Source: a bacterium | GTDB taxonomy: Bacteria; J088; JAWLBW01 | Reading direction: 5' to 3' | DNA length: 64,000 bases | Assembly: GCA_041690355.1 (NCBI GenBank) | Contig: JAWLHK010000011.1 | Coordinates: 1-64,000 of the forward strand | Shown: piece after piece, positions 19,973 to 29,655 of the stretch | Layout: each line of letters starts with the position of its first letter | Position numbering within the stretch: the first letter of the stretch is position 1 | Program-made: the position numbers and the translations under genes | The notes under the pieces: generated by a model | Told to the model about the DNA's origin: nothing | Seen by the model: the letters and a program-made list of their open reading frames with translations, nothing else | The model's database searches: none

Positions 19973-20304
19973 TTACCCGGAGAGCACTTGGTCAGCCCAA
20001 CCAAGCGCTGTGTCTCCTGAGGATATCGCTTTTCCCATCGCCTGCGCCAACCCGGCGCGCGCATCCGCTGCCACAGGGCCGAGAGGCATCCTGGAAAATG
20101 CCCTCAGATATCCGGCCGACCGCCCCCTCAGAGAAACAGGAGCGGGGCCCTGCGCATCGCCGAGGTAATGCGGCAAGACGATCAGGCTAAGCACCCCCTG
20201 CCAGAAATGCAAGTCGAGCAACCCGATGGTGAACAGCCAGGCCCCGATCAGAGCAGGCCCGCCGTGCCGTGTTGGCCGATGCGAATCCCGTTTTCGCTTC
20301 CCAC
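19973..20304 (-). pseudogene. frameshifted small membrane protein
   Basis: GTG GSENGIRIGQHGTAGLL, then CTC TG ATC (1-nt loss at about 20249), then IGAWLFTIGLLDLHFWQGVLSLIVLPHYLG. Confidence 0.5.
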
Positions 20305-20336
20305 GGTCACTCGACGCGGGCCGGAAGTCGGTGCGG

Positions 20337-21148
20337 CTAGCGCTCCTGCCGGTACATGCGCATGGCGATCGGCGCGGTCACAGTGACGAGCACCGCCGAA
20401 AAGACGAGCACCCACACGACTTCGCCCGCCGCGCCGGTGCCGTGCATGAGCCCGCGCGCCGCCGACGTCAGGTGCGTCACCGGATTGTGACGCACGACCG
20501 CCTGCAGCCAGCCGGGCATCGTGTCGAGGCGCACGAAGATGTTGCTCGCGAACGTGAGCGGCATGAGAAAGACGAAGCTCGTCGTCATGACCGACTCGGG
20601 GGTCTTCACCTTCATGCCGAAGATGATCCAGACCCACGACAGGGCCGATGAGAAGACGAGCACGAGCAGCAGCGCCAGTACGACGCCGGGCGCGCCGGCC
20701 TCGGGGCGGAAGCCGAGGATCAACCCGAGCACGATGATGATGCCCCCCGCCAGCCCATAGCGGAAGAAGTCGCCGACGAGCGCCCCGAGGATCGGCGCCG
20801 GCTGCCACATGGGCAGCGAGTGGAAGCGATCGAAGAGCCCCTTCTGGATATCCGTATTCAGGCCGACACCGGTGTAGACGGTCACGAAGACGATCGTCTG
20901 CACGAGAATGCCGGGGAGCAGGAACTGGAGGTAGACTTCGGGGGAACCCGCCAGCGCCCCGCCGAACATGTAGGTGAACAGCAGCGTGAACATAATCGGC
21001 GTGATCGTCACGTCGAAAAGCTGAAAAGGGACGTGCTTGACCTTGAGCATCGACCGCCAGGCCAGCGTGACGACAGCCGATCCGGCGCCGGCCGGTTTCG
21101 GACGGGTCTGGTGCCGCAGCGTGTCGCGCGCGGAAATGCGATCAGCGT

Positions 21149-21152
<4 letters not shown>
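20337..21152 (-). CDS. ABC-2 exporter permease (DrrB-like)
   Basis: PIMFTLLF.YMFGGA, DRFHSLP, MPGWLQ..NPVT motifs. Confidence 0.9.
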
Positions 21153-22135
<983 letters not shown>

Positions 22136-22261
22136 CCCCGGCCTCCCAAACCGACCATTCTACCCCGCGGCCCGGTTCACGTGCAGCCGGCAGACGCGCA
22201 TTTCGCATCCCGGCATTCCGCACTAAGCATCATTCGTGTTCAAAATAGCTTCAGCGCGTGA

Positions 22262-22353
22262 CCGTTCGGCCTGAGGAGCCGGGCCTCGGGAACCGAAATT
22301 CAAATTCGGCGGCATGGTCTCGCAAGGGTGACGTCGCCGGCGTCTCGAAGGCC
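22262..22353 (+). repeat. REP-like palindromic element CCGTTCGGCCTGAGGAGCCGG...CCGGCGTCTCGAAGGCC
   Basis: shares the CCGTTCG head with the cruciform element; GGCCT/AGGCC and GCCGG/CCGGC complementarity. Confidence 0.5.
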
Positions 22354-22542
22354 CAGCGCCGCATGAACACCGTGTTCGAGGCGAAGAACCGCGCATTTGG
22401 CTCCTGTCATGAGCAAGGTCGCGCAGACACTCTGGCCCCTCGACACGCGCGGGGCGTGTTCCGCCGCATGCCCATGCCCCATCGTCGCATGGAAACGCGT
22501 GAGGGCAGCTCCCCGAGCGCATCATGGCATGCGGACTGGACT

Positions 22543-22598
22543 GACTGCCGACTGCCGACTGAAGACTCTCGACTCTCGACTCTGGACCCGCGACTCGC
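22543..22598 (+). repeat. eight GACnnnn heptamers immediately downstream of the DUF2164 stop
   Basis: GACTGCC GACTGCC GACTGAA GACTCTC GACTCTC GACTCTG GACCCGC GACTCGC. Confidence 0.85.
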
Positions 22599-22604
22599 GT
22601 CGCG

Positions 22605-22856
22605 TCACCGCTTCTTCCAGAAGTCGAACTCCGGCTTGTAGTAAACGGCCCCCATGTCGGCGAGCTTGTCCTGCAGATAGGTCTGCACGTCGGCTACGGC
22701 CTGGTTGTAGATGCTCGGCCCGATCTCTTCGAGCACGAACTCGAGCACGCGCCGGGCCTTGAGCTCGCCGATCTCCTGATCGAGTTCCTGATCGAAGAAT
22801 CGCCGGATGGATTGCAGCAGGGATCGATGGGCTTCGGTGTCGAGATCGATGGGCAT
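22605..22856 (-). CDS. DUF2164 domain protein
   Basis: SIRRFF..E..QEIGELKA..L.F..EIGPSIYNQAV.D. Confidence 0.85.
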   Translation of the reverse strand: MPIDLDTEAHRSLLQSIRRFFDQELDQEIGELKARRVLEFVLEEIGPSIYNQAVADVQTYLQDKLADMGAVYYKPEFDFWKKR

Positions 22857-22973
22857 GGGGGAATCCGGGGAGCGAGGAACAAACGGCCGGGACGAAAACG
22901 GCGTCCTTCAGAAGTGTACCCCGGATTTAAGCGAGTCTGTATTCGCCCTGTGACCTTGCTCCGTGATATAGTC

Positions 22974-22989
22974 TGGCACACGGTACGCT
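22974..22989 (+). promoter_or_regulatory. possible sigma54 (-24/-12) promoter
   Basis: TGGCACACGGTACGCT has GG-N10-GC, 40 nt upstream of a lipoprotein gene. Confidence 0.4.
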
Positions 22990-23029
22990 CGAAGCAACGA
23001 AGGGTTGCCGTATCCACGGAGATTCCATC

Positions 23030-24364
23030 ATGCGCCTGTCCTCTCTCGTCTTGTCTGCAGCGGTCCTGCTGCCGCTTGCCGCCTGCGACTCAGACCTGCC
23101 CGCGCTCAACCCCGGCTGCCTCGAAACGTCGGTGACCGAATACCAGTTGCCTGGCGACGATGACGTCTGGGGTACCGAGGACGATGTGTCCGTGTTCGGC
23201 TCCCGTCGGATGACCTACGACGACTACGGTCGGCTGACCGAAAAGACCTGGTTCGACGATTTCGCCCGGAGCAACACGGAGCCCCCCATCAGCAGGGTCG
23301 AAACCCTGACGTACCGTGCCGGCCTGCTCCTCGAGCGCCGGGTGTTCGAGGGTCCGGGCGTCGACGAAGAGTGGCACACGCCCGATGATGTCACGGAGTC
23401 GGCGACACGCTGGGCATACGAAGAGCTGCAGCTCGCATCCCGGGAAGACCGCACGTTCACCGGTCCGGATGGGGTGCTGTTCACCGACGATGACGAGGGC
23501 CATCGCGAACAGTACGTGCGCGACGCCCAGGGCCGGGTCACGGCGACGACCTCCTATCGCTATGACGGAGATGTCTACGACTGTGCCTTCGGACTTGCCG
23601 GTGCGGAATGCAACGACGAAGCGGTCGCGATTACCTACCGGCCGCGGGGGTACATCGCGCAGAACCGGCAGCGCGGTCCTGACGAAACCTGGGGCACCGA
23701 GGATGACGACCAGGACGAGTTTGCCGTCTTCTTCGACGCAGCCGGCGCCGTGACCTACTACGGCATTCACCAGCCCCGAAACGACGTCCGGCTCGCGCTC
23801 ACGCTCGATCCCATCAGGGCAAAAGAGGGCGCCGCAGTCCTGCGGGGCGCCGACGGGCTCACCGAAACGCTTGCCGAACGGGTGTTCCTCGGATGGTCTC
23901 GCGATGATCGTAACCGGTTGACGAGCGTCTTCAGCGAGGTTTTCGGGACGCGTGCGCGCAGGACCTACGCGGGGGATGGACTTTATCCGCGGCATACCGT
24001 TCGGGAACGGCGCGCTTCGGAGACGGAGCCGTTTGCCGTCGTTTCGTGGAGCGAAGCGGTGCTGCAGGAAGTCGCCGGCGGGGTCACCGAGGTGACGACG
24101 GTCTACTACGACGGCCCGGGCACGGACGGCGTCTGGCAGACGCCCGACGATGAGGCTGACGAACGCATCACAGAGACCTGGGCGCCCCGGGGGCTTCTGA
24201 TTCGCCGGCTGGTCGAGGATCCGGGCTGGCATGCAAATGCTCGGCTCACTGAGACCGAGTATGTCTGCCTGCCCCACATCGTCGAGTCGGTGCACGGCAG
24301 CACGCCGGCCCCGCCCGAGGGCAACCTGGCGTGGTATTTCAACCTCTTGTCCGCCGCCCGTTAG
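23030..24364 (+). CDS. lipoprotein with YD-like strands and repeated GxDxx(W/F)xTxDD loops
   Basis: lipobox LAAC; YDDYGRL, RDAQGRV and FDAAG strands; five or six acidic loops. Confidence 0.75.
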   Translation: MRLSSLVLSAAVLLPLAACDSDLPALNPGCLETSVTEYQLPGDDDVWGTEDDVSVFGSRRMTYDDYGRLTEKTWFDDFARSNTEPPISRVETLTYRAGLLLERRVFEGPGVDEEWHTPDDVTESATRWAYEELQLASREDRTFTGPDGVLFTDDDEGHREQYVRDAQGRVTATTSYRYDGDVYDCAFGLAGAECNDEAVAITYRPRGYIAQNRQRGPDETWGTEDDDQDEFAVFFDAAGAVTYYGIHQPRNDVRLALTLDPIRAKEGAAVLRGADGLTETLAERVFLGWSRDDRNRLTSVFSEVFGTRARRTYAGDGLYPRHTVRERRASETEPFAVVSWSEAVLQEVAGGVTEVTTVYYDGPGTDGVWQTPDDEADERITETWAPRGLLIRRLVEDPGWHANARLTETEYVCLPHIVESVHGSTPAPPEGNLAWYFNLLSAAR

Positions 24365-24403
24365 CCGTCTGCCTTGCCGGGCGGTTGCTGCTCAGCAGGT
24401 GGA

Positions 24404-24844
24404 TTACTGCCCGAGCTCCTGGGCCAGGCCGATGAGAATTCCCTCCGGACCCCGGAGGTAGCAGAGCCGATACGCGTCTTCGTACTGGACCACTTCGCCG
24501 ACCAGCGCCGCGCCGCGTCTGCCGAGCCGCTCAAGGGTACCGTCGATATCCTCGACGGTGAACATGACGCGCAGGTATCCGAGCGCGTTCACGGGAGCGC
24601 TGCGGTGGTCGGCGACCACCGGAGGCGCGAGAAAGCGGGACAGCTCGAGCCGACCGTGACCGTCAGGCGTGCGCATCATGGCAATCTCGACGCGCATGTT
24701 GCGCAGCCCCGTGACGCCATCAGCCCACTCCCCTTCAATCGGGGCGCGCCCCTCCAGCTCGAGGCCGAGCTCAGTGAAGAACCCGATGGCGGCGTCGAGG
24801 TCTTCGACCACGATGCCGACGTTGTCCATGCGCTTGACGGTCAT
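24404..24844 (-). CDS. VOC/glyoxalase family protein
   Basis: RMDNVGIVVEDL..MMRTPDGHGRLEL..YRLCYLRGPEG. Confidence 0.92.
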   Translation of the reverse strand: MTVKRMDNVGIVVEDLDAAIGFFTELGLELEGRAPIEGEWADGVTGLRNMRVEIAMMRTPDGHGRLELSRFLAPPVVADHRSAPVNALGYLRVMFTVEDIDGTLERLGRRGAALVGEVVQYEDAYRLCYLRGPEGILIGLAQELGQ

Positions 24845-24874
24845 GAGGTCTCACTGCCCCGGCGGGGGCCAGGA

Positions 24875-25225
24875 TCAGCGGCGGCCCTGCCGTCCGCTGG
24901 AGTTGGTGTTCGCCCGTGGGGCGGGGCCAATTGCCTTGGTTTTTTTCACCGGTACCGGCAAGCGTAAGACCTTCTTTCGCGCTTCGTAAAGGTCGACTTC
25001 GAGCTGCATATTGAGCCAGAACTCAGGCGTCGTTCGAAAGAAGCAACCAAGCTTGAGCGCCATTTCAGCCGTCACGGCCTGTCGCGCCTTCACGATTCGA
25101 TTTACGGTTTTGATGTCGCATTCCAGATGTTGGGACAACTCAGTTTGAGACATACCGTAGGGCTTCAGAAACTCTTCGAGGAGTATCTCGCCGGGGGGCA
25201 CGGGCGGCCTTTTGAGTTCGAACAT
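24875..25225 (-). CDS. higA: HigA family antitoxin
   Basis: PPGEILLEEFLKP..TAEMALKL..FRTTPEFWLNMQ. Confidence 0.9.
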   Translation of the reverse strand: MFELKRPPVPPGEILLEEFLKPYGMSQTELSQHLECDIKTVNRIVKARQAVTAEMALKLGCFFRTTPEFWLNMQLEVDLYEARKKVLRLPVPVKKTKAIGPAPRANTNSSGRQGRR

Positions 25226-25244
25226 TTTCTATTCCCGTCGTCTA

Positions 25245-25535
25245 CTAATGATAATCTGCAATCCGAACATCCGCCGGCCCCTTGTCGGTCCAACGAAATA
25301 CGATTCGCCACTGGTCGTTCACCCGAATTGAGTGGAAGCCGGCAAGGTCGCCTCTGAGGGCCTCGAGTCGGTTACCGGGAGGTGAAGCCAAATCCAGCAG
25401 GACAGTGGCGCCATTCAGTATCGTCAACTTCCGGAGTACTATCCGATTACAGCTCGACCACCCAACGCCTTTGGGGACCTTTTCTTCAACATAGAAGACT
25501 TCTGTCTCTTTGTCAGAAAAGGATACAATGGCCAC
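25245..25535 (-). CDS. higB: HigB (RelE-like) toxin
   Basis: PPGNRLEALRGD..G.HSIRVNDQWRIVFRW..V.IADYH. Confidence 0.92.
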   Translation of the reverse strand: MAIVSFSDKETEVFYVEEKVPKGVGWSSCNRIVLRKLTILNGATVLLDLASPPGNRLEALRGDLAGFHSIRVNDQWRIVFRWTDKGPADVRIADYH

Positions 25536-25543
25536 AACAATGG

Positions 25544-25572
25544 ACTTTACCTTATAACGGTAATGTGGTCAA
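25544..25572 (-). promoter_or_regulatory. higBA promoter and operator
   Basis: TTGACC-17-TAAAGT; TTACC-N7-GGTAA palindrome at 25547-25563. Confidence 0.75.
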
Positions 25573-25638
25573 CATGGCGGCACGGCCTCATCCCAGCGGA
25601 TAGGACCCGCTCGCATACGCGTTTGGACCTGGAGACAC

Positions 25639-25881
25639 TGAACAGGCGAGCGAACTGTGCCACAGGGTCCACGAATTTTGATTGCCGCCGGTCGCCGATC
25701 GTTGCGATCTCCTTGTCGGGAGGCTATCGGAAGGAGCGCCTACGACTGGGACTTTGAATCCAAGATCAATCCCCGCCAGATCACGGACCCAGCAACGTGC
25801 CGGTTCGTCCCGGCCGGCGACCCGCCAAGTGGCCCTTTTTGACCCGCCCAGGGATGGCACCTTTTAACCCACCCGCCGACA
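25639..25881 (+). mobile_element. internally deleted IS21-family remnant
   Basis: TG...CA ends; right end has paired subterminal repeats (reverse strand TGTCGGCGGGTGGGTTAAAAGGTGCCA-N-GGGCGGGTCAAAAAGGGCCA); IstB-like peptide YDWDFESKINPRQITDPATCRFV at 25741-25821; left end less certain. Confidence 0.7.
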
Positions 25882-25958
25882 AGCTCGGCGAAGAACCCGA
25901 TGGCAGCGTCGAGGTCTTCGACCACGATGCCGACGTTGTCCATACGCTTGACGGTCAT
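25882..25958 (-). pseudogene. truncated duplicate of the VOC gene 5' end
   Basis: 25882-25966 matches 24768-24852 at 81/85 nt and is cut exactly at the IS21 end. Confidence 0.85.
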
Positions 25959-26069
25959 GAGGTCTCCTTGGCCGGAGGATTGCGGTGCGCGCGCGGCGAA
26001 CGGCTCCCTGCCCGCACATCCTGGCACACCGTATGGCGGACCGCCAGCCGTGCGAGTCGCCGCTACGTA

Positions 26070-26357
26070 CTATTTGAGCCTTTTCCCTGAAACGTCCTCG
26101 TGGAAAAAGACGTCGGAGACGCGGCCGGCATACAGTTCAAAGCGAGCTCGTTGCCGCACGACAAGGCGCACGTGGCTGGTCTTAACAAAGAATTTCGAAC
26201 GCCAATCGTCACGTTGCTTTGTGCCGGTATACGTCATCCAGCCGCGACGCCCCACCGAGGCACTCGTTACAGGGGGCCCAAGTTCCTTGATCAGCGCGTC
26301 CTGGGTTACTTGTCCCTCGACCAGTTCTTCAAGCCTATGGCGTTGCAGGTACGAGCT
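26070..26357 (-). pseudogene. headless ORF fragment, SmpA/BamE-like pattern
   Basis: open frame directly after the AbrB stop: LVEGQVTQDALIKELGPP..WMTY; no start codon or RBS before this pattern. Confidence 0.35.
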
Positions 26358-26624
26358 TCACTTACGGCCGCGAACACGGCGAATGGCGTTGGAGATGTCC
26401 TTCGGGCGAAGACCAGATGCGCGCGCCTGTTTTTGGAGTTCTTCGCTTAGGGCCTTGAATTCTCGAGCCGCGGGAGGAGTTATCACTTTCAGCATGAGCG
26501 CGTCACCCTCGGAAACGACAACGAATTCGACACCCTCTTCTAGGCCCATCTTATCTCGAATGGATTGAGGAATAACGACTTGACCGCGGGACGACATCTT
26601 GGTGGTCGCGAGTGAGGGGGGCAT
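26358..26624 (-). CDS. AbrB/MazE/SpoVT family antitoxin (orphan)
   Basis: TTKMSSRGQVVIPQSIRDKMGL.EG. Confidence 0.88.
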   Translation of the reverse strand: MPPSLATTKMSSRGQVVIPQSIRDKMGLEEGVEFVVVSEGDALMLKVITPPAAREFKALSEELQKQARASGLRPKDISNAIRRVRGRK

Positions 26625-26634
26625 GGTTGGCTCC

Positions 26635-26659
26635 TAATCTTACTAGTAAGATTATACCA
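26635..26659 (-). promoter_or_regulatory. perfect 20-bp operator overlapping an extended -10 box
   Basis: TAATCTTACTAGTAAGATTA (26635-26654); TGGTATAAT on the minus strand. Confidence 0.8.
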
Positions 26660-26671
26660 GCATTTCGGTCC

Positions 26672-26926
26672 TTATGGATGCCCGCCAGACAAAGGCCATT
26701 GGTAAACCCATTGAAATGCGCCAATCGCAAGGGCGATGACGATAGCGAAAGCTGCAGGGATCTTCTCGCGACCCGTTACTCGGAAGATGGCAATGGCGTT
26801 CGTCACGGCAACGATTACACAGGCTAGCGGGATGACTACCCCACGAAGTGTGACGTACAAAACGGTCCAGTCGAAAGCTGCATCGGAGCCCGTACCTGCG
26901 AGTGCTGAAACGTGGACAAGGCTCAC
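26672..26926 (-). CDS. small two-TM hypothetical protein (start uncertain)
   Basis: two hydrophobic segments in a lower-GC ORF. Confidence 0.4.
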   Translation of the reverse strand: MSLVHVSALAGTGSDAAFDWTVLYVTLRGVVIPLACVIVAVTNAIAIFRVTGREKIPAAFAIVIALAIGAFQWVYQWPLSGGHP

Positions 26927-27233
26927 CGGGTGGGGCTCGAGCGGCGCGAAGAACGACTCGCTCGCGCCGTGCCGGCACTCCCGAGCCCGGGGGAAACGAT
27001 TCCGCGCGCGCGTGCCGCGGCTCAAAAGTGCGACCCCGCTGGGGTCAGAGCAACGGGTGCTCGCGCTCCGTACGCCCTTGTTTTACCGACGTCCAGAGCC
27101 TGCCCTGACGAAGGAAGGGTCCGACGTCCGAGGACCGCAAGGTGGGGGCCGCGCAGCGGGCCGGTCTGCACATCGTCCGCCGTTTGCTCCCCCCGGGGAG
27201 CCCTGGTTCACGGATTGCACAAGGTGGGGGCCG

Positions 27234-28070
27234 CTAGGGCCGCAGGCGGAACCCGATGGCCGCGATGCCGAAGTGCAGCCAGTTGCGCACGTACTCGTCG
27301 CTCTCGCCTTCGGCGCCGCCGCCGAGGTAGCGCAGGTTCAGGTAGATATCCGCCGCTTCGTGGAAGGGGCGGCCGATGCGCAGGTTCGCATCGAGCAGCG
27401 CCCCCTTGACGTCGCTGTCGCTGCCGTTGAGGACGCTCACGGGCGCATAGATGCCGTCGGCTTCGGCGCCGAGCCACCAGGTAGAGCCCAGACGGCGCTC
27501 CCACAGGGCCTTCACGAGGGGAACCGGGCCGATGTCGTTGCTCGTGCGCAGCAGCGTTCCGTCGAGCGACTCGAAGTAGATGGTCGCGTTGCGGATCTGC
27601 AGCGATCCGCCCAGCGCCAGCCGCGTGCGCTCACTGCGGACCAGATCGTACAGATAGCTCAGGCGGTAGAACGGAAAACCGTACGTGAACCGCATCGGCG
27701 TGCCGGCCGGGAAGGTCACCTCGTCGACCACGAGATCGTTGCGGATGCGCTCCTCGGTCACCAGCTCGAGCGGCTGGTAGAGGGCGATGATGTGATGGTT
27801 CTCGCCGAGCGTGAGGTCGAGGGCCAGCTTCGTGTTGAAGTAGAGGTTCTCCTGACCGCCGTCGCCGCGCAGGTTGAAGTCGGTCCCCCCGCGGCCGAAC
27901 TGGATCCGGTGGCTGAAGACCGCAAGGGCCCCCAGCTCTGCCGTCGCCTCGAGGGGGCCGCGCGCTTCGCGATAACCTGCGCCCCCGGTCACCGGCTCGG
28001 GCGCTCCCCGCGCGTGCACCGGAAGAAGAAGGATCAACAGGGTCAACGCCAGGGTCGTCTGCTTCACCAT
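27234..28070 (-). CDS. putative outer-membrane beta-barrel protein
   Basis: signal peptide MVKQTTLALTLLILLLPVHA; amphipathic strands with YRLSYLYD and LNLRYLGGG. Confidence 0.7.
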   Translation of the reverse strand: MVKQTTLALTLLILLLPVHARGAPEPVTGGAGYREARGPLEATAELGALAVFSHRIQFGRGGTDFNLRGDGGQENLYFNTKLALDLTLGENHHIIALYQPLELVTEERIRNDLVVDEVTFPAGTPMRFTYGFPFYRLSYLYDLVRSERTRLALGGSLQIRNATIYFESLDGTLLRTSNDIGPVPLVKALWERRLGSTWWLGAEADGIYAPVSVLNGSDSDVKGALLDANLRIGRPFHEAADIYLNLRYLGGGAEGESDEYVRNWLHFGIAAIGFRLRP

Positions 28071-28104
28071 GGTTTCCGATGTTAGCACACAAGGCCGTGG
28101 GGCC

Positions 28105-28159
28105 GGAGGGGGGGAGTGGGGGAGCGGGAGAGGGGGGGATGAGGCAAGGGCCAAACAAG
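28105..28159 (+). repeat. G-rich repeat plus GAGGCAAGGGC motif, copy 1
   Basis: GGGAGAGGGGGGGATGAGGCAAGGGC shared with 29182-29236. Confidence 0.75.
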
Positions 28160-28319
28160 TACCAGGGAGACCGGGGAACCAAGTGCACCCGCGGCGCCCA
28201 CGTTTCTTCCGGAAAGTTCCTGGATCTGCGGCGCCCACGGATCCAGCAAGAACCGGGAAACCCGCGCGTTTTTCCGCCGAATCTGCTTTGGGTCCCCCCT
28301 CGGTGGACGGCAGGGGGGC

Positions 28320-29141
28320 CTACGGCCGGTACCGTTCCGCCCGCGTGCGGCGGCCGGTGACGCGAAGGTAGAGCTCGACGGTCGAGCGATGGGCCCTGCG
28401 CGGAACCAGCGCATACCCCTGCAGCATCGCCCGGACGAGCGCGAACCGGCGGCGATCGGCCGCCGTCCACGGAATTCCGAAGCGCGCGCACACCGCCGCG
28501 GGGAGCGCGCCGTGCAGGGTGCCGGTCGTGAACTCGCGCCAGAAGATCCGCTGCGCCTCTTTCGGCGTGCGGGGAATCCGGTAGCGCGGGCGCCGCGGGG
28601 GACGCAGGGCGCGCTCCGCCGCCGCCGTGCGCTCGAGCGTCTCCGCGCAGATCGCGTCGAACTTCGCGCGGAACGCGGCATAGTCCGGCGGCACCGGCTG
28701 GGGACTCACGCTGTACAGGCGGTACCAGGCGACCGTTTCGGCATAGAGCGCTTCAGTGTCCACGGAATCGAGGCCGCCGGGAAAGTAGAGCTCGATGGCG
28801 CGGAACACCTGCCACGTGAACGTCGCGTGCGCCCACCAGTAGACCTCGGGATTCAACGCGTGGTAGGCGCGCCCTTCCCCGTCGACCCCCTGGATGTTCC
28901 GGTGCAGATCGCGGATGTGTTTTCCGCGTTCCGCCCGATGGTCGGCGTCGAGAATGACCGCCCAGATCTGCGGCACGGAGCGGAAGATGCGCGCCGTCGG
29001 GTCACGGAAGAAGCCCGACTGCCGCGCCACGGCGTCGCCGATGGCGGGGTGCATCAGCTGGAGCAGGCCGGCGGCGGGACCGGTGAAGAAGGTGCGCCAG
29101 TCGCCGAGGTAGCGGGTGAGCAGGGGAAAGGGTTCAGACAT
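28320..29141 (-). CDS. oxygenase MpaB/DUF2236 family protein
   Basis: LLQLMHPAIG.AV..S, H..IQG.D..G.AYHALNPEVYWWAHAT. Confidence 0.88.
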   Translation of the reverse strand: MSEPFPLLTRYLGDWRTFFTGPAAGLLQLMHPAIGDAVARQSGFFRDPTARIFRSVPQIWAVILDADHRAERGKHIRDLHRNIQGVDGEGRAYHALNPEVYWWAHATFTWQVFRAIELYFPGGLDSVDTEALYAETVAWYRLYSVSPQPVPPDYAAFRAKFDAICAETLERTAAAERALRPPRRPRYRIPRTPKEAQRIFWREFTTGTLHGALPAAVCARFGIPWTAADRRRFALVRAMLQGYALVPRRAHRSTVELYLRVTGRRTRAERYRP

Positions 29142-29181
29142 GGTGAGATGAATACGTGGTGCACATACAGTGTACCCGTTT

Positions 29182-29352
29182 GGAGAGGGGGAGCGGGGGA
29201 GGGGGAGAGGGGGGGATGAGGCAAGGGCGAAGCAAGAGCCAGAGCTCCTGCGGAGCTTCGAGAACGAGAGACTCGCGCGACGTCAGTTCGGGAAAACACA
29301 TTGATGTCTATGCCCTTGCCGGCATTCGTCACTCGTCACTCGTCACTCGTCA
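29182..29352 (+). repeat. G-rich repeat copy 2, GCAAGGGC...CCCTTGC hairpin and ACTCGTC heptamers
   Basis: GCAAGGGC at 29221 pairs with GCCCTTGC at 29312; four TCGTCA(C) heptamers follow. Confidence 0.8.
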
Positions 29353-29655
29353 TTTGGGATGGTCCGGGACGGCTTGCAGCTTCAACCCAAGCGCTTTGAT
29401 AACCTTGAGAATCGTGTCGAAACTGGGACTCCGGTCGCCTGACAATGCCTTGTAGAGGCTCTCGCGCGAGAGCCCCGTTTCGCGCGCAACCAGCGACATC
29501 CCCTTGGCCCGGGCGATATCCCCCAGCGCCTTCGCAATGAATGCCGAGTCGTCCGACGCCTCTTCCAGGCAGGCCTCGAGGTACGCCGCCATCTCCTCCG
29601 GCGTGCGCAGGTGCTCGGCGACATCGTAGGGGGTACTTCTCGTGCGGGCCATCAA
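29350..29655 (-). CDS. addiction module antidote protein (HTH antitoxin)
   Basis: YDVAEHL.T.E..AAYL..ALGDIARAKGM..VA.ETGLSRESLYKALS. Confidence 0.92.
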   Translation of the reverse strand: MMARTRSTPYDVAEHLRTPEEMAAYLEACLEEASDDSAFIAKALGDIARAKGMSLVARETGLSRESLYKALSGDRSPSFDTILKVIKALGLKLQAVPDHPK

